Assembly (NCBI GenBank): GCA_963722805.1
Contig: CAVROQ010000010.1
Location: 38,915-102,914 of the forward strand
Reading direction: 5' to 3'
DNA: 64,000 nt
Source of the DNA: an uncultured Gammaproteobacteria bacterium
Lineage (GTDB): Bacteria; Pseudomonadota; Gammaproteobacteria; Pseudomonadales; JAHEGP01
Both the position numbers and the translations under genes were made by a program. This document shows, piece by piece, positions 36,496 to 48,097 of the stretch. Every line of letters begins with the position of its first letter. The stretch's first letter is position 1. Below the pieces are notes generated by a model. The model ran no database searches, was not told the DNA's origin, and saw only the letters and a program-made list of their open reading frames with translations.

Positions 36496-37572
36496 ATGGC
36501 ACATGAAGTTGTAGAAAACCTGAACGTACAGTCGCAGCAGGTATTAATTACCCCCAGCGAACTGAAAAGCGAGCTACCACTGTGTGATAGATCCCTCGAT
36601 ACGGTCACCTCAAGTCGACAGGTCATTCGGGACATTCTCGACCGCAAAGATCCGCGCCTGTTCGCCGTAGTTGGTCCCTGCTCGATCCACGATGTCGACG
36701 CGGCCATGGACTATGCCGAACGGCTGAGCAAGCTGGCTGAAGAGCTCAAGGACACGATTTATATCGTGATGCGGGTCTATTTTGAGAAGCCCCGCACCAC
36801 TGTCGGCTGGAAGGGCCTGATCAACGATCCCTACATTAACGACTCCTTCAAAATACAGGAAGGTCTGCATATTGGTCGCAAGCTGCTACTGGACATTACT
36901 CGTCTGGGTCTACCGACCTCAACCGAAGCGCTGGACCCTATTTCTCCCCAGTACCTGCAAGATTTGATCAGCTGGTCTGCAATCGGTGCCCGGACCACGG
37001 AATCGCAGACTCATCGGGAAATGGCCAGTGGCCTTTCCTCTGCGGTGGGATTCAAGAACGGTACTGACGGCGGCCTGGTTGTGGCAATCAATGCGCTTAA
37101 CTCGGTGTCCAGGCCACACCGTTTCCTTGGAATCAACGGCGAAGGCCAGGTATCGGTCATTCACACCAAGGGCAACCCCTACGCACACGTAGTATTACGC
37201 GGCGGCTCAAGTGGCCCGAATTACGATTCCGTGCATATCAAACTGTGCGAACAGGAGCTCCAAAAAGCAGGGCTGCGTGCCAATATCATGGTCGACTGCA
37301 GTCATGCTAACTCTAACAAGAATTATGAGCTGCAACCCCTGGTCATGGAAAACGTAAGCAACCAGATTATTGAAGGCAATCAGTCGATTGTCGGGGTTAT
37401 GATTGAAAGCAATATCGGCGCCGGCAACCAATCCATCCCCGAAAATCTTTCCGACCTCAAATACGGGGTCTCGATTACCGATGCTTGCATAGACTGGGAC
37501 ACCACTGTCGAGACCCTGCGAGAATCGGCTAGACGAATGGCTCCGGTTCTGCGTGGTCGCCTGCAAACTTAA
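36496..37572 (+). CDS. 3-deoxy-7-phosphoheptulonate (DAHP) synthase, class I
   Basis: 358 aa. The sequence shows LITPSELKSELP, GPCSIHD, RVYFEKPRTTVGWKGLINDP, ISWSAIGARTTESQTHREMASG, and IMVDCSHANS. The isozyme (Phe/Tyr/Trp-sensitive) is not assignable. Confidence 0.93.
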   Translation: MAHEVVENLNVQSQQVLITPSELKSELPLCDRSLDTVTSSRQVIRDILDRKDPRLFAVVGPCSIHDVDAAMDYAERLSKLAEELKDTIYIVMRVYFEKPRTTVGWKGLINDPYINDSFKIQEGLHIGRKLLLDITRLGLPTSTEALDPISPQYLQDLISWSAIGARTTESQTHREMASGLSSAVGFKNGTDGGLVVAINALNSVSRPHRFLGINGEGQVSVIHTKGNPYAHVVLRGGSSGPNYDSVHIKLCEQELQKAGLRANIMVDCSHANSNKNYELQPLVMENVSNQIIEGNQSIVGVMIESNIGAGNQSIPENLSDLKYGVSITDACIDWDTTVETLRESARRMAPVLRGRLQT

Positions 37573-37648
37573 GACACGATTACAACAGTCCTTTTACTAC
37601 AGGAAGCAGCGGTGAAGCAGGCTACGCTACTGGTACTGCCTACGCGGG

Positions 37649-38236
37649 CTATTTGAAATAAGCATTCTCGCGCACTGAATGGTCGGTAATATCGCGCACC
37701 CCGGCAAGCTCCGGTAGCTGCTGCAACAGGGTTTTCTCAACACCCTGCTTTAAAGTTGCATCCACCATGCCGCAGCCTTGACAGCCGCCGCCAAACTGGA
37801 GAATGGCATAGCCGTCTTCAGTGATTTCCGTCAGGCTTACCTCACCACCGTGAGCGGCCAGCGACGGGTTTATCTCGTTATAGAGAATGTAATTCACCCG
37901 GTCGTCCAGCGGACTATCGTCCCCCACCCGTGGCATTTTCGAGTTGGGTGCCTTGATGGTTAGCTGCCCGCCAAACTTGTCTGCCGCGTAATCAACCATT
38001 GCTTCATCGAGGAACGGCACGCTGCGCTTCTCGAAAAAGGCGTTGAAAGATGGGTACGCCACCTGTTCGTCGTCTGCCGTAGCGTCACCATCGCGACAGT
38101 AGGCTATGCACGTTTCCGCCCCCGGCGTACCTGGCGCATTAACAAACATTCGCACGCCGAGCACACCGCCCTCTTGCTTGCTCAATAGCTCCGCCAGATA
38201 TTGCTGTGCGGATTCTGTGATCGTAATGTTGACCAT
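37649..38236 (-). CDS. nfuA: Fe-S cluster carrier protein NfuA
   Basis: The ATG at 38236 gives [18 protein letters not shown], an A-type degenerate domain. It is followed by an Nfu domain with GGGCQGCGM. The track ORF extends to 38269. Confidence 0.9.
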   Translation of the reverse strand: MVNITITESAQQYLAELLSKQEGGVLGVRMFVNAPGTPGAETCIAYCRDGDATADDEQVAYPSFNAFFEKRSVPFLDEAMVDYAADKFGGQLTIKAPNSKMPRVGDDSPLDDRVNYILYNEINPSLAAHGGEVSLTEITEDGYAILQFGGGCQGCGMVDATLKQGVEKTLLQQLPELAGVRDITDHSVRENAYFK

Positions 38237-38405
38237 AAACACCCACTTCCTCTGCTTTGGATGCATCATAAAATATTTCCGAGTCTTTTGGTAGGTTATT
38301 ACGTCATCACCTGACGTGACACTGCGGTTTCTGCTAGAATATTGGGTGTTTTATCGTTTGACACATCTTCTTTCTACCTTACATCCACACATCCACGGGA
38401 TCAGC

Positions 38406-41400
38406 ATGAACCAGGCAAAGCAGGCTACCGCAGCATTTGAGCAACAGTTAAAGAAGCGCATACTTTTGCTGGACGGGGCCATGGGGAGCATGATCCAGAA
38501 CTACGAACTGAGCGAGGCCGACTACCGCGGAGACCGCTTCAGTGATTTTCATAGAGATCTGAAGGGGAACAACGACCTGTTAACCCTGACCCAACCGCAG
38601 ATCATTGCCGATATTCACCGCGCATACCTGGAAGCCGGCGCGGATATTATTGAAACCAACACCTTTAATTCGACGCGCTCCTCGCAGGAAGATTATGAAC
38701 TCAGTGAGCTGGCCCACGAACTCAATCTGGCAGCGGCGCAGATTGCCCGCCGGGTTGCTGATGAAGTTACCGCCAGCACCCCGGAGCAACCCCGGTTTGT
38801 AGCGGGGGTTATCGGCCCCACCGGCAAGAGCGCCAGTATCTCCAGGCGAGTCGAAGACCCCGGGCACCGCGATATTACGTTTGATCAACTTGTCGAAGAC
38901 TACAGCAATTCACTTGATGGCCTGATACAGGGCGGAATCGATCTGGTGCTAATCGAAACGGCGTTCGATACGCTCAACGCCAAAGCTGCAGTGTTTGCGA
39001 CCCGGCGCTATTTTTCGGAACATGCCATTGAACTTCCACTGTTGATATCTGGCACCCTGCCCGATGAGTCAGGCCGCACTCTCTCGGGACAAACACCAGA
39101 GGCATTCTGGAACTCGTTACGTCACTCGCGACCCACCAGCATTGGCCTCAACTGCGCCCTTGGAGCGGACAAGCTGCGCCCATACATTGAAGAGTTATCT
39201 CGCTGCGCTGACACCCTGGTTTCTGCGCACCCGAACGCGGGGCTGCCAAACGAATTCGGTGAATACGATGAAACCCCGGAACAGATGGCTGCGGTGCTAG
39301 GTGGATTCGCCGACGACGGGTTGGTCAATATCATCGGCGGCTGTTGTGGTAGCACGCCCGCCCATATCGAAGCCATCGCCAGGCGTATTGAGGGTTGCGC
39401 CCCAAGGGCCATACCCAAGCTGCCCAGCGCCTGTCGTCTGAGTGGCCTGGAACCTTTTAACATCACCAGCGACTCTCTTTTTGTCAATGTCGGCGAACGC
39501 TGCAACATCACCGGCTCAGCGCGTTTTAAGCGGCTCATACTTGACGATGACTACGATACTGCGCTGCAGGTAGCCTTGGAGCAGGTCGAAAATGGCGCGC
39601 AGATCATCGACATCAACATGGATGAAGGCATGCTCGACTCGACTCGGGCAATGGTCACTTTCCTAAACCTTGTCGCATCGGAGCCGGATATCTCCCGGGT
39701 GCCGATTATGGTCGATTCCTCCAAATGGGAAGTCATAGAGGCTGGCCTTAAATGCATCCAGGGCAAATCTATTGTCAACTCTATCAGCCTCAAGGAAGGT
39801 GAAGCCGAGTTTATCGACCGAGCCGAAAAATGTCTGGCTTATGGTGCGGCGGTCGTGGTCATGGCGTTTGATGAGCAGGGCCAGGCAGACACACTCGAGC
39901 GTCGTGAGCAAATTCTCCAGCGCGCCTATCGTATTCTGGTAGAACAGGTCGGCATGCGATCCGAGGATATTATATTTGACCCTAACGTGTTTGCGGTGGC
40001 GACCGGCATTGAAGAGCATAATAACTATGGCGTCGATTTCATTGAAAGCTGCCGCTACATCCGCAACAACCTCCCCGGGGCACTCATCTCGGGGGGCATC
40101 AGCAATGTGTCGTTCTCTTTTCGTGGCAACAATGCAGTGCGCGAGGCAATTCACGCCGTTTTTCTCTACCACGCCATCAAGGCCGGTCTTAGCATGGGTA
40201 TTGTCAATGCCGGGCAATTGGCAATCTATGAAGACATAGATCCGGAATTAAAGGAGGCGGTAGAAGACATTATTCTCAATCGGCGACCCGATGCCACCGA
40301 GCGCATGCTCGACCTTGCCACCCGCTTCGAGGGTGAACAAAAAGACGAGAAAAAGCAGCTTGAATGGCGCAGCTGGCCGGTGATCAAGCGTCTGGAATAC
40401 GCACTTGTCAAAGGCATCACCGGCTTTATTGAAGAAGACACTGAGCTGGCCCGGCAACAGGCCGACCAGCCCATAGAAGTTATCGAAGGTCCTCTGATGG
40501 ACGGCATGAACGTGGTGGGCGACCTGTTCGGCCAGGGCAAAATGTTTTTACCCCAGGTGGTCAAATCAGCTCGAGTAATGAAGCAGGCAGTAGCCTACCT
40601 GACACCCTTTATCGAAGACGCCAAACAGGCCAGTGGCGCCACTTCCGCCAATGGCAAAGTACTGATGGCCACGGTAAAAGGCGATGTGCACGATATTGGC
40701 AAAAACATTGTTGGAGTTGTACTGCAGTGCAATAATTTCGAGGTTATCGATCTGGGCGTGATGGTGTCCAGTGAGACTATTCTGCAGCAAGCCCGGGAAC
40801 ACAATGTCGATATAATCGGCCTGAGTGGGCTGATCACCCCTTCTCTCGATGAGATGGTCAATGTAGCCAAGGAAATGCAGCGCCAGGGGCTGAGCATCCC
40901 ACTGATGATCGGCGGGGCAACGACGTCCAAGGCCCACACCGCGGTAAAAATTGACCCCATGTACCAGGCTAACCAGGCAGTGTATGTGCCCGACGCATCC
41001 CGCAGCGTTTCTGTAGCAACTACCCTGATCAGCGAGGATCATCGCGACGCATTCATCCAGGCCCGACGTGAGGAATACCAGCAGGTACGGGAACGTAACG
41101 CGAAGCGCAGGGCGAAAAACCGGCTGCTCAAGCTCGAAGCGGCCAGAAATAATGCACCCGACTTCGACTGGGCAAACTACAGCCCTCCTCGTCCCTCCTT
41201 CCTCGGTGTCAAGGTCATTGACAACATCCCGCTGCAGGACCTGATAGACACCATCGACTGGACGCCGTTTTTTATCTCCTGGGAACTGGCGGGGAAGTTT
41301 CCCGCTATCCTCGAAGACAAGAAGGTGGGGGAAGCGGCGCGCAACCTATACCAGGATGCCCAGGCCATGCTTAAACGCATGATTGACGAAGACCTGGTGC

Positions 41401-42104
41401 AGGCCAAAGCAGTGCTGGGTTTCTGGCCTGCAGCCCAGGATGGCGACGACGTGATCGTCTATCGTGACGAAGAGCGCCAACAAGAATTGGCACGCCTCTA
41501 TCATCTGCGCCAACAAACCGACAAGCCCATTGCGGGCCCCAACTTCTGCTTGTCAGACTACATCGCCCCGGTCGATACCGTCCCTGACTATATCGGTGGT
41601 TTCATAGTGACCGCCGGGCACGGTGTTGAAGCACTGGCGGCGCGCTGGCAAGAGGAACACAATGATTACGATAGTATTCTCCTGAAAGCCCTCGCCGATC
41701 GACTGGTTGAATCATTGGCCGAGCAACTTCACCGTCAGGTCCGCAAGCAACTGTGGGGCTATGCAAGGACAGAAAACTGGAGTAACGAAGAGCTGATTCG
41801 GGAGAAATACCAGGGCATTCGCCCAGCGCCCGGCTACCCGTCGTGCCCGGATCACAGCGAAAAAACCACGCTGTTCAGTATGCTGGAGGCAAGCACCAAC
41901 ATCGGCGTCGAGTTAACCGAGCATTTTGCAATGACCCCCGCCTCCTCGGTCAGCGGCTTTTATTACTCACATCCCGAGGCACGCTATTTTGCGGTAGGGA
42001 AAATCAGTCGCGACCAGGTCGAAGACATGGCCAAGCGGCGCAATCTCACAGTGCAGCAGCTGGAGAACTGGCTCATGCCAAATCTGGATTACGACCCGGT
42101 TTAA
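38406..42104 (+). CDS. metH: Cobalamin-dependent methionine synthase
   Basis: The ATG at 38406 gives [31 protein letters not shown]. Hcy-binding, pterin-binding, B12-binding ([11 protein letters not shown], the DxHxxG motif) and AdoMet-activation domains are all present, about 1232 aa in total. Confidence 0.97.
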   Translation: MNQAKQATAAFEQQLKKRILLLDGAMGSMIQNYELSEADYRGDRFSDFHRDLKGNNDLLTLTQPQIIADIHRAYLEAGADIIETNTFNSTRSSQEDYELSELAHELNLAAAQIARRVADEVTASTPEQPRFVAGVIGPTGKSASISRRVEDPGHRDITFDQLVEDYSNSLDGLIQGGIDLVLIETAFDTLNAKAAVFATRRYFSEHAIELPLLISGTLPDESGRTLSGQTPEAFWNSLRHSRPTSIGLNCALGADKLRPYIEELSRCADTLVSAHPNAGLPNEFGEYDETPEQMAAVLGGFADDGLVNIIGGCCGSTPAHIEAIARRIEGCAPRAIPKLPSACRLSGLEPFNITSDSLFVNVGERCNITGSARFKRLILDDDYDTALQVALEQVENGAQIIDINMDEGMLDSTRAMVTFLNLVASEPDISRVPIMVDSSKWEVIEAGLKCIQGKSIVNSISLKEGEAEFIDRAEKCLAYGAAVVVMAFDEQGQADTLERREQILQRAYRILVEQVGMRSEDIIFDPNVFAVATGIEEHNNYGVDFIESCRYIRNNLPGALISGGISNVSFSFRGNNAVREAIHAVFLYHAIKAGLSMGIVNAGQLAIYEDIDPELKEAVEDIILNRRPDATERMLDLATRFEGEQKDEKKQLEWRSWPVIKRLEYALVKGITGFIEEDTELARQQADQPIEVIEGPLMDGMNVVGDLFGQGKMFLPQVVKSARVMKQAVAYLTPFIEDAKQASGATSANGKVLMATVKGDVHDIGKNIVGVVLQCNNFEVIDLGVMVSSETILQQAREHNVDIIGLSGLITPSLDEMVNVAKEMQRQGLSIPLMIGGATTSKAHTAVKIDPMYQANQAVYVPDASRSVSVATTLISEDHRDAFIQARREEYQQVRERNAKRRAKNRLLKLEAARNNAPDFDWANYSPPRPSFLGVKVIDNIPLQDLIDTIDWTPFFISWELAGKFPAILEDKKVGEAARNLYQDAQAMLKRMIDEDLVQAKAVLGFWPAAQDGDDVIVYRDEERQQELARLYHLRQQTDKPIAGPNFCLSDYIAPVDTVPDYIGGFIVTAGHGVEALAARWQEEHNDYDSILLKALADRLVESLAEQLHRQVRKQLWGYARTENWSNEELIREKYQGIRPAPGYPSCPDHSEKTTLFSMLEASTNIGVELTEHFAMTPASSVSGFYYSHPEARYFAVGKISRDQVEDMAKRRNLTVQQLENWLMPNLDYDPV

Positions 42105-42320
42105 GCCTGTGATAAGCCGAGCATATGTGTTGACGGCTGGCCAACGTGACTGTTAATGGCGAGCTGAGATTAAGCGCATTTCCCGGAGCGCCGGAGAAAC
42201 TGTGTAGTATAATGGTCCCCTGGCCAGAGATGGCAAGCACGGCCTGTAAAGCACCGACTCACCATTGCGCTAATGCGCGCCGGCCCGCGACAGACCCGCT
42301 CAACTTCGAGGAGAATTGGC

Positions 42321-42563
42321 TTGGTAGACAATGAGGCTGGCAACAATCCGCCCGACACCACGGGAAAAAAGCGCCCCGGCTGGCACCATGCGGTCGGCAG
42401 CGTGCTTGCGGCTGGTTTTGGTGTGCAAAGCAAGAAGAACCGGGAGCGTGACTTTCAGCATGGTAAGCCGATCGTGTTTATCATTACCGGCCTGGTTTTC
42501 ACCATACTGTTTATTGCCACCGTCATTATGGTGGTAAACGCTGTTCTGGAAAACGCTGGTTAA
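42321..42563 (+). CDS. DUF2970-like small membrane protein
   Basis: SVLAAGFGVQSKKNRERDFQHGKPIVFIITGLVFTILFIATVIMVV follows the DUF2970 pattern. The TTG at 42321 lies 7 nt after GAGGAG. The track ORF begins at 42273. Confidence 0.55.
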   Translation: MVDNEAGNNPPDTTGKKRPGWHHAVGSVLAAGFGVQSKKNRERDFQHGKPIVFIITGLVFTILFIATVIMVVNAVLENAG

Positions 42564-43013
42564 CATGCCTATTTTGGCTTGTGCCCGACCGGGCTCAAAC
42601 CGCGGAAGTTTTCCGAAGCCAGATGCTTACTGGCCGGCCACCCAGAATACCGCGGCCGCTATGACAATCGTCAATATTGCCAGTGCGGCGAAGGCGTCGG
42701 CGGAAGAGTCATTGTAGTCGGTTGCTGGGGTAGTCATTTCGGGCTCGTTGGCTCCAGTGTTCATGATAAAATCCGCTAGGTTGTTTCGTTGGGCGCGCAT
42801 TATGCCCCAACTAACAATAGTGTAACAAGCACCATGGATCAGCAAAACCGTCGCTAATCGTTATATCTATATAAGCAATCAATAATTTGATTGTCTGGTG
42901 GTTTCTGGTATTTTGCGCTCCGCGATAGCGGAGCAAATATACCGAGGTCCACTTTTAAACCGATCCAGGCCATGGACAGCCTGTCACTGCCATCTTCAGG
43001 GGTTGCATCAAGC

Positions 43014-44678
43014 ATGTATGTCTATGACGCGATTGACCAGAAAATGCTCGACCAGCGTGTTGCGCAGTTTCGAGGCCAAACCGAACGCTACTTAAACGGC
43101 GAGCTCAGCGAAGCAGAGTTCCTGCCGTTGCGGCTGCAAAACGGTCTTTACGTGCAAAGGCTGGCTCCTATGCTGCGGGTCAGCATACCCTACGGCCTGC
43201 TATCTTCCCGCCAGTTGCGCCAGCTTGCTTATATTTCGCGACATTACGACAAAGGTTTTGCGCATATCAGCACTCGCCAAAACATCCAGTACAACTGGCC
43301 TCGCCTGGAAGAAGTACCGGACATTCTCGCTGATCTTGCCAAGGTGCAGATGCACGCGATACAAACCAGTGGTAACTGCATTCGCAACGTAACTACCGAT
43401 GAATATGCAGGCGTGGCACCGGACGAGCTTGAAGACCCCCGCCCCTGGTGTGAAATAGTCCGGCAGTGGGCAACATTTCACCCTGAGTTTGCCTATCTAC
43501 CGCGCAAGTTCAAAATTGCGGTTTGCGGCAGCGAAAGTGACCGGGCTGCTACCTACCTCCACGATATCGGAGTGGAACTGGTTTCGACTGCGGATGGCGA
43601 GACTGCATTCAAGGTGCTGGTAGGAGGTGGCCTCGGTCGTACCCCGGTCATTGGCTCAGTGATACATGAAAATCTTCCTCAACAGCACTTGCTTAGCTAC
43701 CTTGAGGCCATCCTCAGGGTCTACAACCAGCACGGCAGGCGTGACAACAAATATAAGGCGCGCATCAAGATTCTGGTGCGAGCGATGGGCGTTGAACAAT
43801 TTCGCGAAAGGGTCAACACCGAGTGGGCAGACTTAAAGGACGGGCCGACCACACTGACCCCGGAGGCGATTGCCAGGGCCAAAGCCAGCTTTACACGGCC
43901 CGACTACGACAAGCTTGATCCGCTTGCCGATGAATCAGAACTGCAGCGCCAGGCTGCCGGCAACCCGGCTTTCGGCAACTGGCTCAAGCGCAACGTCGTC
44001 GGTCATCGGGTAGCGGGCTACGCCATCGTCAACATCTCACTGAAGGCAACCGGGATTGCACCTGGAGACATCAACGACGCTCAAATGGATGCGATAGCCG
44101 ACATGGCAGATGCCTGGTCGATGGGCGAAATTCGCACCACACACCAGCAAAACATAGTTCTGGCCGATGTCCGTAAAAGTGATCTGTTTGAGCTTTGGAG
44201 CAAGGCTGAACCGCTGGGCCTGGCAACCGCCAACATAGGCTACCTCACCGACATTATATGCTGTCCCGGCGGCGACTATTGCGCTCTGGCCAATGCCAAG
44301 TCCATTCCCATTGCGGAGGCAATTCAACGCCGCTTTGACGATATGGATTTCATCTACGACCTGGGTAAGCTCGACCTCAACATATCGGGCTGCATGAATG
44401 CCTGCAGCCATCATCACGTGGGCCATATCGGCATACTCGGGGTCGACAAAAAGGGCCGTGAGTATTACCAGGTTTCGCTCGGCGGCCATGCCGGCAAAGA
44501 CGCTTCACTGGGTAAAATACTGGGGCCAGCGTTTGAGCCAGAACAAATTCCCGATGTAATCGACACGATACTGCAAACCTTCATTGAACTGCGGGTTGCT
44601 GACGAATCATTCCTGGCCACCTTCCGCCGGGCGGGCATTGAGCCTTTCAAGGAGCGCGTTTATGCCACGGCTGATTAG
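43014..44678 (+). CDS. cysI: Sulfite reductase hemoprotein-like (siroheme/4Fe-4S nitrite-sulfite reductase family)
   Basis: The ATG at 43014 gives MYVYDAIDQKMLDQRVAQFRGQTERYLNGELSEAEFLPLRLQNGLYVQR. Cluster and siroheme cysteines are present (CPGGDYCALA, SGCMNACSHHHVGHIGILG). It is followed by a DUF934 gene, as in Pseudomonas-type cysI loci. Confidence 0.85.
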   Translation: MYVYDAIDQKMLDQRVAQFRGQTERYLNGELSEAEFLPLRLQNGLYVQRLAPMLRVSIPYGLLSSRQLRQLAYISRHYDKGFAHISTRQNIQYNWPRLEEVPDILADLAKVQMHAIQTSGNCIRNVTTDEYAGVAPDELEDPRPWCEIVRQWATFHPEFAYLPRKFKIAVCGSESDRAATYLHDIGVELVSTADGETAFKVLVGGGLGRTPVIGSVIHENLPQQHLLSYLEAILRVYNQHGRRDNKYKARIKILVRAMGVEQFRERVNTEWADLKDGPTTLTPEAIARAKASFTRPDYDKLDPLADESELQRQAAGNPAFGNWLKRNVVGHRVAGYAIVNISLKATGIAPGDINDAQMDAIADMADAWSMGEIRTTHQQNIVLADVRKSDLFELWSKAEPLGLATANIGYLTDIICCPGGDYCALANAKSIPIAEAIQRRFDDMDFIYDLGKLDLNISGCMNACSHHHVGHIGILGVDKKGREYYQVSLGGHAGKDASLGKILGPAFEPEQIPDVIDTILQTFIELRVADESFLATFRRAGIEPFKERVYATAD

Positions 44679-45147
44679 GGACAACCAGGTTGTCGAAGAC
44701 GAATGGACCCAGCTGGCAGCCGGAGCCGACCTGCCTGCTGACACGGACAAGCTGCTGATAGCGGCCAGCGACTGGCCGCAGCAACGCCAGCAGATACCGC
44801 AGGGTAGCAAGATCGGTGTATGGATCGATGGTGACGGTGATATCGAAAACATTAGCGCCGATCTCAAGACTTTCGAGGTGTTGGCCATCAACTTCCCGGT
44901 TTTTAGCGATGGACGGGGCTACTCGCTGGCCCGACTGCTGCGACAGCGCCATCGCTTCCAGGGTGAGCTGCGCGCCATTGGCGATGTGTTGCCCGATCAA
45001 CTGTATTACATGAGGCGCTGCGGCTTCGATAGCTTTGCATTGCGTGCCGATCGCGACCCTGAAGCCGCCCTCGACGCCCTCAGCCCTTTCTCAGAGAGCT
45101 ATCAGGCCGCTACTGACCAGCCTGTACCACTATTCCGCCGTCGTTAA
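44662..45147 (+). CDS. DUF934 protein (sulfite-reduction-associated)
   Basis: The ATG at 44662 gives MPRLIRDNQVVEDEWTQL...FPVFSDGRGYSLARLLRQRHRFQGELRAIGDVLPDQLYYMRRCGFDSF. It overlaps the cysI 3' end by 17 nt. Confidence 0.7.
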   Translation: MPRLIRDNQVVEDEWTQLAAGADLPADTDKLLIAASDWPQQRQQIPQGSKIGVWIDGDGDIENISADLKTFEVLAINFPVFSDGRGYSLARLLRQRHRFQGELRAIGDVLPDQLYYMRRCGFDSFALRADRDPEAALDALSPFSESYQAATDQPVPLFRRR

Positions 45148-45270
45148 CGGGACTGTTGTCGGAACGCCGAATCACCTATGCTAGCGTGAGCAACGCAAGG
45201 TCTCGCGGCCAGGCCGGCTAACCATAGCGACCGGCACTGGCTTGTCATCCCGTCAGGATCCGGTACTGCA

Positions 45271-46437
45271 ATGGAAGTCTCACTTACGTTTTCGTTTTTT
45301 ATCATTTTTAGCGGGGCCGCCCTACTAGCTTCTATGTCCCTGTACGCCAGGCAGCCGCTGCTGATTGCGTATATCTGCCTCGGCGCCATTGTCGGGCCGT
45401 TTGGACTGGGCTGGGTGAGCGACATGCGACTGCTGTCGGATATCGCTCACGTTGGCATTCTCTTCTTACTGTTCCTGCTGGGGCTCGATATGCATCCCCA
45501 GTCCCTCTTGGCAGTGATGCGCAAAGCCTCGCTGGTGACCCTCATCAGCTCGGCACTGTTCAACCTTACAGGCTTCGGCGTGGCAATGCTGTTTGGCTTC
45601 AGCCTGACCGAATCCCTGATCATCGGCGCCGCCATGATGTTCTCAAGTACCATCATTGGGATCAAATTACTGCCAACTACCATACTTCACCATCGCCACA
45701 TCGGTGAACTCATGATCGGGATCTTGCTGGTGCAGGACGTACTGGCTATTTTCGTGCTACTGGCGCTGCTGAGTGGCGGTGAGGGCCATTTCGATATCCT
45801 GGCATTTGCCAAAGTGATCGCCGCCCTGCCGTTGCTGATTGGCGCTGCGTACCTGATGGTTCGCTACATACTGCTACCATTGATTACCCGTTTCGACCGC
45901 TTTCAGGAATATATTTTCCTGCTTGCGATAGGCTGGTGCCTGGGATTGGCAGAATTAAGCCACTGGCTTGGCTTGTCTTCAGAAATTGGAGCTTTTATCG
46001 CCGGGGTAACCATTGCAACAAGCCCGATATCGCAGTTTATTGCAACCAGCTTGCGGCCGCTGCGTGACTTTTTTCTCATCATGTTCTTTTTCTCAGTTGG
46101 CGCCAGTTTCGACCTGTCGATGCTGGCGTCAATCTGGTTACCGGCGGCCCTGCTTGCAACCCTGATGTTGGCCGGCAAGCCGGTAGTTTTTCGTTTTTTG
46201 TTGCGCGGGATGAGTGAGAAAAGGGTGTTGGCCTGGGACCTCGGCTTACGCCTGGGCCAAATCAGCGAATTCTCGCTCCTCATCGCTTATCTCGCCGTGG
46301 CCCAGGGCTTACTGAGCAAAGAGGGTTCACACTTGATTCAGGCGGCCGCAATCATGACTTTTATTGTGTCCAGCTATGTGGTGGTATTGAATCTCCCCTC
46401 ACCCATTGCTATTTCTGATAAGTTGCGGCGCGACTAA
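45271..46437 (+). CDS. Cation:proton antiporter (CPA2/Kef-type membrane domain, no RCK domain)
   Basis: 388 aa, polytopic. The N-terminal pattern QPLLIAYICLGAIVGPFGLGWV...HVGILFLLFLLGLDM is typical of Na_H_Exchanger family proteins. Confidence 0.8.
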   Translation: MEVSLTFSFFIIFSGAALLASMSLYARQPLLIAYICLGAIVGPFGLGWVSDMRLLSDIAHVGILFLLFLLGLDMHPQSLLAVMRKASLVTLISSALFNLTGFGVAMLFGFSLTESLIIGAAMMFSSTIIGIKLLPTTILHHRHIGELMIGILLVQDVLAIFVLLALLSGGEGHFDILAFAKVIAALPLLIGAAYLMVRYILLPLITRFDRFQEYIFLLAIGWCLGLAELSHWLGLSSEIGAFIAGVTIATSPISQFIATSLRPLRDFFLIMFFFSVGASFDLSMLASIWLPAALLATLMLAGKPVVFRFLLRGMSEKRVLAWDLGLRLGQISEFSLLIAYLAVAQGLLSKEGSHLIQAAAIMTFIVSSYVVVLNLPSPIAISDKLRRD

Positions 46438-46507
46438 CGCCAGGCGATTCTCGGTTGCACCCCCGGCAGCTGCAACATTGCCCACTTGGCCCGGGTCCCC
46501 GGATTTT

Positions 46508-47074
46508 TTACTCCTTGAATACCAGAGTGAAATACACCGGTACAACAGTATCAATACTGGCCAACGACGCCAGTGACCGCAGCTTTTCGACACCGCCCTC
46601 AAGACCAAAATCTGCAACGCTTATCAGTATCGGCTTTTCGGTGGTTGCTCGCAGTGTGCCGTCGGCCAGTCGTGTCACCCGCACCAAAGTTGCCAGCGGG
46701 TGCTCAAAGCCATGAAGGTTGAGGCGTGCACTGATCTCAAGCAAGGCTTCTTCACCAACCTTGAGGGGTAAAACCGCTCCCATGGGCACCTGGGCTGTGA
46801 CCACTGCTGTGGGGAAGTCCACCACATTGAACAGGTACTCGCGCATTCGCTGGTCTCGCTGCGAGATCAGCGAATCGACCGAACTCAGGTCGATATCCAG
46901 AGTGAGTGCTCCAGCCGGACTCAGAGCCCCCGAGATTTGTGCAAAGCTGCCCACCTCCGCCACACTGCCGTTCTTGATGCTAAGGTAATTGAGCGAAGAT
47001 CGCTCCGAATCCAGCACCTGAGCGACCGCACCAGAGCTCAAGAAAAAACCCAACAAAAGCGTGATTATCTTCAT
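46508..47074 (-). CDS. YceI-like periplasmic protein
   Basis: 188 aa with signal peptide MKIITLLLGFFLSSGAVAQ. A YceI-like pattern follows (SSLNYLSIKNGSVAEVGSF...LDIDLSSVDSLISQRDQRMREYLFNVVDFPTAVV). Confidence 0.7.
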   Translation of the reverse strand: MKIITLLLGFFLSSGAVAQVLDSERSSLNYLSIKNGSVAEVGSFAQISGALSPAGALTLDIDLSSVDSLISQRDQRMREYLFNVVDFPTAVVTAQVPMGAVLPLKVGEEALLEISARLNLHGFEHPLATLVRVTRLADGTLRATTEKPILISVADFGLEGGVEKLRSLASLASIDTVVPVYFTLVFKE

Positions 47075-47118
47075 ATCTTACTCCCGGGTGGAAAATTCGC
47101 TGCAATACCAAAAGACAT

Positions 47119-47142
47119 AAAAAAGCCGACCCTGGGGCCGGC
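47119..47142 (-). terminator. Rho-independent terminator downstream of etfA
   Basis: The minus strand reads GCCGGCCCCAGGGTCGGC followed by TTTTTT, a GC-rich 7-8 bp stem. It lies 23 nt after the etfA stop. Confidence 0.6.
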
Positions 47143-47164
47143 ATAATTCAGTCGACTGACGCCG

Positions 47165-48097
47165 CTACAATTGCTCGTTGAGTTGCGGCACCGCTTCAAA
47201 CAAATCGGCAACAAGACCGTAGTCGGCAACCTGGAAGATAGGCGCATCTTCATCCTTGTTAATTGCCACGATAACCTTGCTGTCTTTCATCCCCGCCAGA
47301 TGCTGGATTGCGCCGGATATACCGACCGCAATATACAAATCTGGCGCAACAATTTTACCGGTTTGACCTACTTGCATATCGTTGGGTACAAAACCAGCAT
47401 CAACGGCCGCGCGTGATGCACCAACAGCAGCACCCAATTTGTCCGCTACCTGGTAAAGCATTTCAAAGTTGTCGCCGTTCTGCATGCCACGACCACCAGA
47501 GACCACAACGCTGGCAGCGGTGAGATCTGGACGATCAGACTTCGCCAGTTCCTCGCCAACAAAGGAGGAAACCCCTGCGTCATGTACCGCAGCGACTGCC
47601 TCAATAGCAGCGCTTCCGCCTTCGGCGGCGGCGGCATCGAATGCGGTACCACGAACCGTTATCACCTTGATGGGATCGCTTGATTGCACTGTGGCTATAA
47701 CGTTACCGGCGTAGATCGGACGTTTGAAAGTATCTGCCGACTCAACCGCGACGATTTCCGATATTTGGTCAACGTCAAGCAAAGCAGCCGCGCGCGGCAG
47801 GTAGTTTTTGCCGCTGGTAGTGGCAGGCGCCAATACGTGGCTGTAATCCTTGCCTAACTCAGCTACCAGCAGGCCAATATTCTCGGCTAGTTGGTGCCCA
47901 TAGACCGCATTGTCTGCGACCAAAACCTTGCTGACCCCGGCTACCGCAGCTGCCTCTTCGGCCACCGCACCACAGTCGTGCCCGGCTACCAGAACCACTA
48001 CATCACCGCCAATCTGGCTGGCGGCGGTAACAGTGTTGCGAGTTGCCGCATTCAAAGTTTGATTATCGTGCTCCGCTACAACGAGAATGCTCATCAA
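47165..48097 (-). CDS. etfA: Electron transfer flavoprotein subunit alpha
   Basis: 310 aa. [22 protein letters not shown] and the FAD-binding C-terminal region [45 protein letters not shown] are present. Confidence 0.95.
   Translation of the reverse strand: MMSILVVAEHDNQTLNAATRNTVTAASQIGGDVVVLVAGHDCGAVAEEAAAVAGVSKVLVADNAVYGHQLAENIGLLVAELGKDYSHVLAPATTSGKNYLPRAAALLDVDQISEIVAVESADTFKRPIYAGNVIATVQSSDPIKVITVRGTAFDAAAAEGGSAAIEAVAAVHDAGVSSFVGEELAKSDRPDLTAASVVVSGGRGMQNGDNFEMLYQVADKLGAAVGASRAAVDAGFVPNDMQVGQTGKIVAPDLYIAVGISGAIQHLAGMKDSKVIVAINKDEDAPIFQVADYGLVADLFEAVPQLNEQL

Noticed and set aside
38316-38405. N-terminal extensions suggested by the ORF track for metH. The same applies to sohB (to 5916), rnhA (to 10317), yejA (from 16520), the receptor (to 29943), nfuA (to 38269), cysI (from 42891), DUF934 (from 44584) and the LMW-PTP (from 33816).
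   Set aside because: In each case the conserved family N-terminus or signal peptide begins at an internal start codon. The upstream extension overlaps the neighbouring gene or has no similarity.
42627-42845. Small minus-strand ORF (45-72 aa) with a C-terminal hydrophobic helix (AFAALAILTIVIAAAVFWVAG), divergent from cysI.
   Set aside because: It has no Shine-Dalgarno before either candidate ATG and no recognisable family. It could be real but cannot be supported from sequence alone.
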